Below, one piece after another: positions 8,688 through 18,175 of a stretch of 42,760 bases of DNA. The notes under the pieces are model-generated. The model did no database searches. It was not told the origin of the DNA and worked only from the letters and a program-made list of their open reading frames with translations. Numbering within the stretch: position 1 is the stretch's first letter; each line of letters begins with the position of its first letter. This DNA is from Bacteroidota bacterium (GTDB lineage: Bacteria; Bacteroidota; Bacteroidia; Bacteroidales; JAKIYJ01). The translations under genes and the position numbers were made by a program. The stretch spans positions 1-42,760 of the forward strand of contig JAKIYJ010000001.1 of NCBI GenBank assembly GCA_022708585.1. The letters are read 5' to 3'.

Positions 8688-9467
8688 GTGAACAAGACCA
8701 ATTTATCTCAACTAAAAATTTTCCTGAATGAAAAATATCAGCAATATAACAACAAAAAATTTATAATTGATGACCCTGTTTCAATACCTCATAAATATAA
8801 ATATAAGGAAGACATAGAAATTGCTGGTTTTTTAACTTCATCAATTTCATGGGGCGGACGTAAATCTATAATACAAAATGCTAATAAATTGATGTCGCTT
8901 ATGGGCAATAGCCCTTTTGATTTTATTATGAATGCAAATATAAATAATTTAAATCTCATTAATTCCTTTGTTCATCGAACATTTAATTCTACTGATTGCA
9001 AATTTTTTATTTTATCACTTAAAAATATCTATACAAAGTATGCAGGGTTGGAAGAAATTTTCTCATTTACAAAACAAAATGAAAAATGGAATGCCAGAAC
9101 ATCAATATCACATTTTGCCAATATCTTTTTCGAAATACCGCATCCTGAACATACAGTTAAACATATTGCAAACCCGAATAAAGGCTCAGCAGCTAAAAAA
9201 ATAAATATGTTCCTGAGATGGATGGTACGCAAAGATCTTAATGGCGTTGATCTGGGAATCTGGGAAAATATACCCATACCAGAACTTATCTGTCCTCTTG
9301 ATGTACATTCAGCAACAACTTCCAGGAAATTAGGACTGCTTCAACGAAAAACCAATGATTGGAAAGCAGCAGTAGAATTAACTGAAAATCTTAAAAAATT
9401 AGATTCTGATGATCCTGTTAAATATGACTTCGCATTATTCGGTCTGGGTGTTTTTGAAAAATTTTGA
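8688..9467 (+). CDS. TIGR02757 (DUF2400) family protein, function unknown
   Basis: 259 aa with a GTG start. The C-terminal half (SAAKKINMFLRWMVRKD...GIWENIP...PLDVHSATTSRKLGLL...DPVKYDFALFGLG) matches my recollection of this conserved uncharacterised family. Confidence 0.65.
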   Translation: MNKTNLSQLKIFLNEKYQQYNNKKFIIDDPVSIPHKYKYKEDIEIAGFLTSSISWGGRKSIIQNANKLMSLMGNSPFDFIMNANINNLNLINSFVHRTFNSTDCKFFILSLKNIYTKYAGLEEIFSFTKQNEKWNARTSISHFANIFFEIPHPEHTVKHIANPNKGSAAKKINMFLRWMVRKDLNGVDLGIWENIPIPELICPLDVHSATTSRKLGLLQRKTNDWKAAVELTENLKKLDSDDPVKYDFALFGLGVFEKF

Positions 9468-9536
9468 TTATTGCCTGTTTTTTAGTACATTAATAATTTT
9501 ATTTTAATAAAATTTGTTTATAAATTTAAAAAATAA

Positions 9537-9544
9537 TAATTTTG
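9537..9544 (+). promoter_or_regulatory. Candidate -7 box TAATTTTG for the DUF177-rpmF-plsX-fabH cluster
   Basis: Matches TAnnTTTG. It lies inside the 5' end of the ORF-track call (9514), which argues for a downstream start codon. Confidence 0.4.
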
Positions 9545-9564
9545 CAGGTTTTAAGTTTAATACC

Positions 9565-10083
9565 TTGGATAAAAATTTAAGGGAATATGAGATTGAATAT
9601 TCTGGCTTAAAAATAGGAACACATAGCTGGAATTTCAAGGTTGAAGATGAGTTCTTTGACAATTTTGAATATTCAGAAATACATCATGCTCACTTGAATG
9701 TGGATGTTATCATGGATAAACAGGAAAGGTTAATGATATTTGACTTTAATATTTCAGGATTTGTCAGTCTGCCTTGCGACCGCTGTCTGGACAATATGAA
9801 TGTTGATATAAATGGAAGCAAAAGGCTCATATTCAAATTAGGAAAATATTATAGCGAAGAAACCGATGAAATAATTATTATACCTGAACAAAATAATATA
9901 ATTGATTTATCTGGTTTTATATATGAATTTATAACCATTATGATTCCTATACGGAATGTACATCCAAATGATTTAAATGGGAATAGCAAGTGCAATTCTG
10001 AAATACTTGAAAAATTGAAAAAACATACTTCAAAGCCTCAACTTGACCCAAGGTGGAATAAACTTAAAGATTTATTAAATTAA
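9565..10083 (+). CDS. DUF177/YceD family protein (large-subunit ribosomal maturation-associated)
   Basis: Conserved position directly upstream of rpmF. CxxC motif (LPCDRCLDNM). The ORF has no early in-frame ATG. The track uses TTG at 9514, but I prefer the in-frame TTG at 9565 (LDKNLREYEIEYSGLKIGTH...), which is downstream of the promoter box. The start is uncertain. Confidence 0.7.
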   Translation: MDKNLREYEIEYSGLKIGTHSWNFKVEDEFFDNFEYSEIHHAHLNVDVIMDKQERLMIFDFNISGFVSLPCDRCLDNMNVDINGSKRLIFKLGKYYSEETDEIIIIPEQNNIIDLSGFIYEFITIMIPIRNVHPNDLNGNSKCNSEILEKLKKHTSKPQLDPRWNKLKDLLN

Positions 10084-10107
10084 TGTTCATTTTTTATTTT
10101 TATTATT

Positions 10108-10293
10108 ATGGCACATCCAAAGCATAGACATTCAAAAGAACGCTCACGTAAAAGAAGAACTCATTATAAGGCAATTGTTCCTACAACTGTTACTTGTTCT
10201 AATTGCGGATCTCCTGTTTTATTACATAGAGTTTGCCCCGAATGCGGTTATTATAAAGGCAAACCTGCTATAGAAAAAACTACTGTTGCATAA
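10108..10293 (+). CDS. rpmF: 50S ribosomal protein L32 (zinc-ribbon C+ form)
   Basis: MAHPKHRHSKERSRKRRTHYK..., with CSNCG...CPECG cysteine pairs. Confidence 0.95.
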   Translation: MAHPKHRHSKERSRKRRTHYKAIVPTTVTCSNCGSPVLLHRVCPECGYYKGKPAIEKTTVA

Positions 10294-10332
10294 AATTATA
10301 ATATAAAGTCTTTTTACTTAAGCAGAAATTTA

Positions 10333-11301
10333 ATGAAATTAGGAATAGATGTAATGGGAGGAGATTTCGCTCCTGATACTGTGATTGACGGTATAATTTT
10401 GTCTTATAATGAAATACCTTCAGATGTAAATTTAGTCTTACTCGGGCCCCAAAAACTTATTGAAGATAAACTAAAAGATAAAAATGTATCGCCTGATATC
10501 TTTGAAATTGTTGATGCAAAAGATATTATCGGTATGGGAGAATCTCCTACAAAAGTTTTTTCTCAAAAAACTGATTCTTCTATTGTAAAAGGATTTACAT
10601 TAATAAAAAATTCAAAAATCGATGCTCTGATAAGTGCAGGAAATTCAGGTGCAATGATAGTAGGAGCTTTGTATAGTTCCAAAATAATTGAAGGGCTTAC
10701 CCGCCCTCCTATTTTAGCCCATATTCCTTATGAAAACGGTAAATGCGGAATTATTCTTGACGTTGGAGCAAATACAGATTGTAAGCCCGAACATCTACTG
10801 CAATTTGCTGTTTTAGGTTCAGTATATTCAAAAGTCATTCTTAAAATCGACAACCCTAAAGTAGCACTTCTAAACGTAGGTGAAGAAGAAGGCAAAGGCA
10901 ATTTGCCCGTACAAGCCACATATCAGCTTCTTAAAGATACTAAAACTGTTAATTTTACAGGTAATATAGAAGGATGGGATATATTTACAAATAAAGCTGA
11001 CGTTATAGTTTGTGACGGTTTTACTGGTAATATAATTCTTAAACAAACAGAAGGACTGTATCGTATGATGCTGAAGCATGGTCTTACTGATTCATATTTT
11101 GATAAATTTAATTATGAATATCACGGGGGATCCCCTGTCCTTGGCGTAAATTCTACTATAATTATTGGCCATGGAATATCAAATCCTAAAACAATAAAAA
11201 CTATGATTTTCCAAGCAATAAACACATATAAAGCCGACTTGTACGATAAACTCGCGGCGGCTTTAAAAGAAATTGAATTTAAAAATAATAAAAATAATTG
11301 A
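10333..11301 (+). CDS. plsX: Phosphate acyltransferase PlsX
   Basis: MKLGIDVMGGDFAP..., GNSGA and VCDGFTGNIILK motifs. Canonical rpmF-plsX-fabH order. Confidence 0.93.
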   Translation: MKLGIDVMGGDFAPDTVIDGIILSYNEIPSDVNLVLLGPQKLIEDKLKDKNVSPDIFEIVDAKDIIGMGESPTKVFSQKTDSSIVKGFTLIKNSKIDALISAGNSGAMIVGALYSSKIIEGLTRPPILAHIPYENGKCGIILDVGANTDCKPEHLLQFAVLGSVYSKVILKIDNPKVALLNVGEEEGKGNLPVQATYQLLKDTKTVNFTGNIEGWDIFTNKADVIVCDGFTGNIILKQTEGLYRMMLKHGLTDSYFDKFNYEYHGGSPVLGVNSTIIIGHGISNPKTIKTMIFQAINTYKADLYDKLAAALKEIEFKNNKNN

Positions 11302-11325
11302 TTTGAATTTTCAAATTATATTATA

Positions 11326-12327
11326 ATGGCAAAAATATTAGCAGCTATTACAGGTGTAGAAGGATATGTCCCTGATTACATACTCACAAATAAAGAACTG
11401 GCAACTATGGTTGATACTTCCGATGAATGGATAATGGAAAGAATTGGAATTAAAGAAAGAAGAATCTTGAAAGAACCAGGTAAAGGCACATCAGATTTGG
11501 GAGCAGAAGTTGTTAATAAATTACTTCAAAAAACATCTACCCCTCCCAATAGTATTGATTTACTTATTTGCGCAACCGTAACCCCTGATATGCAATTTCC
11601 AGCTACTGCCAACATTATTAGTGATAAAGTTGGCATTACAAATGCCTTTAGTTTTGATATTGCCGCCGGTTGCAGCGGATTCCTTTTTGCTCTTGTTACA
11701 GCTTCCAAATATATTGAAGCCGGGCAATTTAATAAGGTTATAGTTGTAGGTGCTGAAAAAATGTCTTCAATAGTTGATTATACTGACAGAGCAACTTGTC
11801 CTATTTTTGGTGATGGTGCGGGAGCTGTACTTTTAGAACCTGTAACAGATGGTTTAGGTATTATAGATTCGATTCTTAAAGTAGATGGTGCCGGACGTGT
11901 CTTTTTACACCAGAAAGCAGGAGGCTCCTTAAAACCTGCAACACACGAAACAGTTGACGCGAGGGAACATTTTATTTATCAGGAAGGACAAGCAGTTTTT
12001 AAATATGCAGTATCTCATATGGCTGACATATCAGTTGAAATGATGAAAAAACATAATATCTCACCTGATGATTTAGACTGGTTTGTTCCTCATCAGGCTA
12101 ATATGAGAATCATTGAAGCTGCCGCCCGACGCATGGGCATTAAAAAAGAGAAGGTGATGATTAATATTCAAAAATACGGCAATACTACCGCTGCTACTTT
12201 GCCTCTTTGCCTCTGGGAATGGGAACCTCAATTACATAAAGGTGATAATATCATTCTTGCTACTTTTGGTGCTGGTTTTACCTGGGGATCTGTCTATCTA
12301 AAATGGGCATACGACACCAAAAAATAA
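11326..12327 (+). CDS. fabH: 3-oxoacyl-ACP synthase III (FabH)
   Basis: Catalytic triad contexts: FDIAAGCSGF, VPHQANMRII, YGNTTAATLP. Confidence 0.93.
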   Translation: MAKILAAITGVEGYVPDYILTNKELATMVDTSDEWIMERIGIKERRILKEPGKGTSDLGAEVVNKLLQKTSTPPNSIDLLICATVTPDMQFPATANIISDKVGITNAFSFDIAAGCSGFLFALVTASKYIEAGQFNKVIVVGAEKMSSIVDYTDRATCPIFGDGAGAVLLEPVTDGLGIIDSILKVDGAGRVFLHQKAGGSLKPATHETVDAREHFIYQEGQAVFKYAVSHMADISVEMMKKHNISPDDLDWFVPHQANMRIIEAAARRMGIKKEKVMINIQKYGNTTAATLPLCLWEWEPQLHKGDNIILATFGAGFTWGSVYLKWAYDTKK

Positions 12328-12407
12328 TTTTATATTATTAAAAAAATAAAACTTCCTTTTTTGTTCAACTAACTGTTAACAAAGAATAATAATATCAAAA
12401 TTTAACA

Positions 12408-13577
12408 ATGAGCAAGACAAAGATATTCGGACTTGACAGGAATGTGTTCTTTGCGGGGCTTACAAGTTTCTTGACTGATACATCCACTAAAATGATTTAC
12501 AGTGTTATGCCCCTATTTTTGTTGTCAATTGGAGCTTCAAAAACTGTCATATCATTAATTGAAGGAATTGCAGAAAGCACTGCATCATTAATCAAGGCTT
12601 TTTCTGGATATTGGAGCGACAGGATTGGGAAAAACAAACCTTTCATGATAATTGGATATGGAATTACTGCTTTGATAACTCCATTATATGCACTTGTAAA
12701 AATACCCATTCAAGTTTTATTTTTAAGATTTTTTGAAAGAATAGGCAAAGGAATAAGAGCAGCACCAAGAGACAGTTTAATTAGTGGCTCAGTACTGCCA
12801 AACGAAACAGGCAAAAGTTTTGGATTTCATAAGGCAATGGATAACAGTGGAGCTATAATTGGTCCATTACTCGCTTTTGTTTTATTACACTTTTTCTACC
12901 TGAATTATTCCAATATTTTTCTTCTGGCCGGCATACCTGCATTGTTAGGAGTGATTTCTATTGTACTTTTTATTAAAGAAACCAAAGTAGAGCAAAAAAA
13001 CAATAATAAATTTCGCTTTAAATTACTGCCAAAAAAATTTTATTTTTTCCTCTTTATAATCTTTGTCTTTACACTTGGTAACTCAGCCGATGCTTTATTG
13101 CTCGTTAAAACAGCTGAAACAGGAATAAATCAATCTTATGTCCCTTTTGTTTATATGATTTTTAATACAGTATCGGTATTATTGGCAATACCAATTGGTA
13201 AAATATCAGACAAAATAGGTCGTGAAAAATTAATAATACTTGGATTCTTAGTATATTCAGTAACATACTTTTTATTTGGCAAATTTAACAGCCTGAATAT
13301 TTTTATTTTTCTCTTTATTTTGTATGGATTATACAGTGCATTGGCAGATGGTAGCCAAAAAGCATTAATCTCAGATATAGTAAGCAAAGAATTGAAAGGT
13401 ACTGGATATGGTTTATATTATGCAATACTCGGTATCACACTTCTTCCCGCAAGCTTAATAGCAGGTTTATTGTATGATAAGATAAATGCAAATGCACCAT
13501 TTTATTTCGGTTCCCTTATGTCTTTTATAGCCGCATTGTTAATGATAATATTTGTTATAATAAATAAAAATAAATAA
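12408..13577 (+). CDS. MFS transporter, substrate unknown
   Basis: 389 aa with about 12 TM segments. MFS loop motif GYWSDRIGKNKP, and a second-half equivalent GKISDKIGREK. Confidence 0.8.
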   Translation: MSKTKIFGLDRNVFFAGLTSFLTDTSTKMIYSVMPLFLLSIGASKTVISLIEGIAESTASLIKAFSGYWSDRIGKNKPFMIIGYGITALITPLYALVKIPIQVLFLRFFERIGKGIRAAPRDSLISGSVLPNETGKSFGFHKAMDNSGAIIGPLLAFVLLHFFYLNYSNIFLLAGIPALLGVISIVLFIKETKVEQKNNNKFRFKLLPKKFYFFLFIIFVFTLGNSADALLLVKTAETGINQSYVPFVYMIFNTVSVLLAIPIGKISDKIGREKLIILGFLVYSVTYFLFGKFNSLNIFIFLFILYGLYSALADGSQKALISDIVSKELKGTGYGLYYAILGITLLPASLIAGLLYDKINANAPFYFGSLMSFIAALLMIIFVIINKNK

Positions 13578-13782
13578 AGTTGTTTAATATCCAGATAAGT
13601 ATTTCGTAAATTCATCAAATTATCATTTTCATACTATATAAAAGTCATACAATCGTTCCCTCGTTTAGTTGTGGATTCGCCAAACTATATTTAACAGATT
13701 AAATTGCTCATCATTTAAACTAAAATGTTAATGATATATTATTATTTTTTTGGCTCTATTTTAAAATAATGTTGTTAAAAAA

Positions 13783-13830
13783 CCTTCTCGTCCTCGTTTG
13801 TAACGAGGACGAGAAGGACCTTATTTTTTT
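13783..13830 (+). terminator. Very strong hairpin (16-bp perfect stem) with flanking A-run and T-run; terminator-like
   Basis: CCTTCTCGTCCTCGTT (13783-13798) pairs perfectly with AACGAGGACGAGAAGG (13802-13817), with loop TGT. AAAAAA lies upstream and ACCTTATTTTTTT downstream. It sits 205 nt after the MFS stop. Confidence 0.6.
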
Positions 13831-13920
13831 ATTATCTATGAGTTCATTCTGAAAAGTTCAAAAATTTTCCTCTAAAAAAAACTTTTTTATGTGATTGTGT
13901 GTCAATTGAAAATTTACATG

Positions 13921-13928
13921 TATATTTG
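13921..13928 (+). promoter_or_regulatory. Candidate -7 box TATATTTG for the FtsB-like gene (very short leader)
   Basis: Matches TAnnTTTG, and the ATG is at 13944. Confidence 0.35.
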
Positions 13929-13943
13929 TAAATTATATTTATT

Positions 13944-14255
13944 ATGTGGGCAAAAATTTTTAAAATATTAAAAAATAAATATGTACTGGCTTCGCTGGTA
14001 TTTTTAATATGGATTATTTTTTTTGATGAAAATGATTTTTTTACAAGGCGACATATTAATAAAGATTTAAAAAATAAAAGGGAACAAAGAGATTTTTATC
14101 GTGCAGAGATTCGCAAAGATAGCCTATTAATTCATAAATTGGAAACTGATATTAAGGCTCTTGAAAAATATGCTCGCGAAGAATATCTTATGAAAAAGGA
14201 TAATGAAGATATTTTTCTTTTTAACTCTCGTGATTCATCTTCCAATATTCAATAA
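13944..14255 (+). CDS. Septum formation initiator family protein (FtsB/DivIC-like)
   Basis: 103 aa with an N-terminal TM (YVLASLVFLIWIIFF), a coiled coil, and LEKYAREEYLMKKDNEDIFLF, typical of Bacteroidota FtsB-like proteins. Confidence 0.8.
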   Translation: MWAKIFKILKNKYVLASLVFLIWIIFFDENDFFTRRHINKDLKNKREQRDFYRAEIRKDSLLIHKLETDIKALEKYAREEYLMKKDNEDIFLFNSRDSSSNIQ

Positions 14256-14263
14256 AATAAAAT

Positions 14264-16768
14264 TTACATAGGGTCAACATCTATCGAAATTTTAACTTTT
14301 TTATATTCTGATAAATTTGAAAATTTTTCAATTTCTGTTTTTAGAGTCTGTTTAAATTTTGAAAGTTCAAGAGTTTTTTCAAATTTACATAAAATATTTT
14401 TAATATATAAATTATTTATTCTTGCTACAATTGGATATTCAGGTCCTAAAATTCTTTCACCAAAAATGATTCTTAATCTCGATGCTAAATCAGAAGCCGC
14501 TTTATTTAAAAATTCTTCTTCACGATATTTAAGTGATATTTTGATAAGTCGGTAAAAAGGAGGATATTTAAAAATTTTTCTTTCCTGTATCTGAGATTTA
14601 TACATAGCCTGATAATTGTTGTTAACAACATTTTTAATCACGCTATGATATGGATCCCAAGCCTGAATGATTACAATTCCTCTTTTATTTTTTCGCCCTG
14701 CTCTCCCCGCAACCTGTGCCATAAGTTGGTAACTGCGTTCGTGGGCTCTAAAATCGGGATAATTCAACAAACTACCCGCATTCAATATTCCAACTACACT
14801 CACATTATTAAAATCAAGACCTTTGGTAACCATTTGAGTTCCAACCAGAACATCAATTCTTCTTTCTTCAAAATCTGAAATTATACGCTGCAATGATGCT
14901 CGACTACCAGCAGTATCAATATCCAATCTCGCAATCTTAGCATCAGGAAAAAATATTGCAAGTTCTTCTTCAGCCTTCTCTGTTCCAAAACCTTGCATTA
15001 ATATTCCAGGACTATTGCAGGCTGGGCATCTTTCAGGAACTTTGGTGGAATATCCACAATAATGACATTTTAATTTGTTTTCTTTTTTATGATATGTTAA
15101 AGAAACATCACATTTAATACAATGAGGCACCCAATTACAAAGTTTGCATTCCACCTTCAATGAAAAACCTCTTCTGTTCTGAAAAAGTATTATCTGTTCC
15201 TTGTTATTTAAGGCATTCTCAATATATTGAAGTAAAGTTTGAGAAAAAATCGATTTCATTCTTTTTTTGTAAGTTTCTTCTTTTAAATCAATTACAAGAA
15301 TTTCAGGAAGCTCTATTCCCCCATAACGCTGCTCAACAATAACAAGCCCTGATTTATCAATGGTGGTATTATAATATGTTTCAATAGAAGGTGTTGCAGA
15401 ACCAAGTATTACTTTTGCATTATGAATTTTAGCAAGCATAATGGCAGTATCACGTCCATTATATCTGGGCGAAGGATCATTTTGTTTATATGAAGAATCA
15501 TGCTCCTCGTCTATAATAACAAGTCCTAAATTTGTAAAAGGTAAAAAAACTGCTGAACGAGCCCCCATAATAATTTTCAATCTCTTTTCATTATCACCAG
15601 TTAAAAATCCATTTAATAAAGCATTCCACACCTCAACCTTCTCATTATCTCCATATTTTGAATGGTATACACCAATAATATCTCCAAAATATTTTCTCAA
15701 TCTTCCAATAGCCTGGGTTGTTAAGGCTATCTCTGGTAAAAGATAAAGCACCTCCTTGCCTTCTGATAAAACTTCGTTAATGATGTTAATATACATTTCA
15801 GTTTTACCTGATGAAGTAACACCATATAATAAAGTAACCTGATTTTTAGAGATAGATTCTTTGAGTTCACTGATAGCCCGTAACTGAAAATCATTAAAAA
15901 TAATACTTTCAGGGTTCTCATTTGCAACACAATTTTCCAATCTGCTTTCTATTTTGTAGTAACACTCTAAAATTCCTTTTTTTTGAAGGTCAAGTAAAGC
16001 AGAAGTCTTTGCCGATATACTTTCTAAAAGGTCAATCCGTTTGACTTCTTTTTCATTTTGAGAAAATTTTCTTGAAAGATTTAAATAAGATATTAAAATA
16101 AGCCATTGTTTCTCGGCTTTCTTTTCAAGTGTAGAAAGGGTTTTGTTTAATAAATCCTGATTTTCATACTCTTTTGTCAATCTAATATATGCAACTTTAC
16201 GAGGTCGGTATTTTTCCTTAATCTCCTCTTCGGGTAAAATAATCCCTTTTTCAATAAGAGTCTTTACAATAGAAATAACTTTGTGAGTACCAATAATTTT
16301 ACTAATATCTTTTATGCTAATATTTTTTTGATTTTCAACTGCCCGGGCAACAAGAAGTTCTTTTTCATTAAGCAGTTGATAATTGCCATCATATAATGGA
16401 TTTAGCGATATTTTTGTTTCACTTGCAAGTTTCAAGGCAGATGGCAAAGCAGCATTCATAATTTCACCCTGAGTACACATATAATAATTTGCCATCCATT
16501 CCCATAATTCAAATTGTTTGGAGTTAACGATTGGGAACGCATCAAGAACTGAAATTATCGGCTTATACGTATAAGGTTTAATATTCTCTGTTTCTGTGTA
16601 AATATTTTTGATTAAACCAGTATAAAGTTTTGAATTACCAAACTGTACTACAACTCTTTTACCCCTTTCGGCTTCATCAATAAATTCAGGAGGTATACAA
16701 TAAGTATAAGTACCAGGAAGAGGTAATGGTAAGAGTATATCAACAAATGTATTGCTATTTTGAATCAT
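14264..16768 (-). CDS. priA: Primosomal replication-restart helicase PriA
   Basis: 834 aa. Walker A GVTSSGKTE and DExH-type box VIIDEEHD. Cys-rich zinc insertion CKLCNWVPHCIKCDVSLTYHKKENKLKCHYCGY...CPACNS. Confidence 0.93.
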   Translation of the reverse strand: MIQNSNTFVDILLPLPLPGTYTYCIPPEFIDEAERGKRVVVQFGNSKLYTGLIKNIYTETENIKPYTYKPIISVLDAFPIVNSKQFELWEWMANYYMCTQGEIMNAALPSALKLASETKISLNPLYDGNYQLLNEKELLVARAVENQKNISIKDISKIIGTHKVISIVKTLIEKGIILPEEEIKEKYRPRKVAYIRLTKEYENQDLLNKTLSTLEKKAEKQWLILISYLNLSRKFSQNEKEVKRIDLLESISAKTSALLDLQKKGILECYYKIESRLENCVANENPESIIFNDFQLRAISELKESISKNQVTLLYGVTSSGKTEMYINIINEVLSEGKEVLYLLPEIALTTQAIGRLRKYFGDIIGVYHSKYGDNEKVEVWNALLNGFLTGDNEKRLKIIMGARSAVFLPFTNLGLVIIDEEHDSSYKQNDPSPRYNGRDTAIMLAKIHNAKVILGSATPSIETYYNTTIDKSGLVIVEQRYGGIELPEILVIDLKEETYKKRMKSIFSQTLLQYIENALNNKEQIILFQNRRGFSLKVECKLCNWVPHCIKCDVSLTYHKKENKLKCHYCGYSTKVPERCPACNSPGILMQGFGTEKAEEELAIFFPDAKIARLDIDTAGSRASLQRIISDFEERRIDVLVGTQMVTKGLDFNNVSVVGILNAGSLLNYPDFRAHERSYQLMAQVAGRAGRKNKRGIVIIQAWDPYHSVIKNVVNNNYQAMYKSQIQERKIFKYPPFYRLIKISLKYREEEFLNKAASDLASRLRIIFGERILGPEYPIVARINNLYIKNILCKFEKTLELSKFKQTLKTEIEKFSNLSEYKKVKISIDVDPM

Positions 16769-16788
16769 AACAAAACCTGAAAATGAAA

Positions 16789-17940
16789 TTACATATTTTT
16801 CTTGCTTCCCTCATAAATAGAGAATTTTATAAAACGACATTCAAGGGGTCCATTAAAAAGTTTTATTTTTTTTGAAGGATGTAAGCCTATAAGTTTTATT
16901 GTATCAATATCAGAACTAATTACCCATACATTATAGCCATTATAGAATTTTTTAAAAGCATTGCCCATAGAACGGTAAAGATCCGATATATTGTTTATTC
17001 CTATTCTTTCTCCATAAGGAGGATTAGTAATTACAACACCTGGGCCTGGTGGAGGTTCAAATTCTAATATAGATTTATTTACAATTTTAATATCCTTATG
17101 CAAACCAGCGGTTTTAATATTTTCGTGTGCCATATCAACAGCATCTTTTGATATGTCCGAACCAATAATTTCTCCGTCAAATTCCCCAATACTTGAAGGT
17201 ATCTCATTTTTAATATTATTCCACAATTGGGAATTAAAATCAGGCAAATTTTCAAAAGCAAATTTTTTTTGATAATAGCCGGGAGGAATATTAAGAGCCA
17301 TCAAAGCTGCTTCGGTCAGTATTGTTCCAGAGCCACACATTGGGTCAATAAAATTGGAATGTAAATCCCATCCACTTAATTTAATTAAACCAGCAGCAAG
17401 AACTTCATTAATGGGAGCAGGAGGAGTAAATTTTCTATAACCTCTTTTGTGCAACGATTTACCACTGCTATCAACAGATAAAGTACAAGAATCACCTGAA
17501 ACATGAATATTAAGCCTGATAGCAGGATTATCGAGATTAACAGATGGTCTCTGTCCCGTTTTATGTCTGAATTGATCTACAATAGCATCTTTGGTTCTTT
17601 GTGAAACAAAAACCGAATTGGAAAAATTGGAACTGTTCAAAGTGCAATCCACTGCTATCGTATCATGAGTGTTCATCCATTGTTGCCAATCAATTCTACT
17701 GACCTCATCGTATAATTCAGACTCATTTTTTGCATCAAAGACTTTTATTATTTTAAGAACCCTCAATGCGGTTCTGCACCACAAATTAGCTCTATACATT
17801 ATATTATTATCGCCTTTAAAAGAAACAGCACGTGAGAGTATATTAACATTGATAGCCCCAATATTAACAAGTTCATCAGCCAAAACCTCTTCCAGACCCA
17901 TCATTGTCTTAGCTATCATATCAAAGTAATTATTATTCAT
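16789..17940 (-). CDS. THUMP-domain class I SAM-dependent RNA methyltransferase (RlmL/RlmK N-terminal type, COG0116-like)
   Basis: 383 aa. SAM motif DPMCGSGT and catalytic NPPYGER. The N-terminal THUMP-like region precedes the methyltransferase fold. Confidence 0.85.
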   Translation of the reverse strand: MNNNYFDMIAKTMMGLEEVLADELVNIGAINVNILSRAVSFKGDNNIMYRANLWCRTALRVLKIIKVFDAKNESELYDEVSRIDWQQWMNTHDTIAVDCTLNSSNFSNSVFVSQRTKDAIVDQFRHKTGQRPSVNLDNPAIRLNIHVSGDSCTLSVDSSGKSLHKRGYRKFTPPAPINEVLAAGLIKLSGWDLHSNFIDPMCGSGTILTEAALMALNIPPGYYQKKFAFENLPDFNSQLWNNIKNEIPSSIGEFDGEIIGSDISKDAVDMAHENIKTAGLHKDIKIVNKSILEFEPPPGPGVVITNPPYGERIGINNISDLYRSMGNAFKKFYNGYNVWVISSDIDTIKLIGLHPSKKIKLFNGPLECRFIKFSIYEGSKKNM

Positions 17941-17993
17941 CAGGGAAATTTTATTTTTATTGTTTTCTAAATAATTTTATATCTTGAATTAAA

Positions 17994-18130
17994 ATCCTGC
18001 TCTGAAAAGTCATTATTTATACTGAATTATTGGAGGAGGGGCAAAATGGATTAATCAACATCATAGATAAACCAATAAAATATATAGATAAATTTAACAA
18101 TATCATATATATACTTTTAGAAGTGGACTC
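17994..18130 (-). mobile_element. MITE-like element, copy B (inverted relative to copy A)
   Basis: Its reverse complement begins GAGTCCACTTCTAAAAGT (18130-18113) and ends AATAATGACTTTTCAGAGCAGGAT (to 17994). It contains the same 16-mer, TTAAATTTATCTATAT (reverse complement of 18082-18097). The middle has diverged and carries a GC-rich patch, GGAGGAGGGGC (18033-18043). Confidence 0.55.
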
Positions 18131-18175
18131 AATCAATAATACGCTTTTTATAAATTACATTTTTAATTGAGTTCA

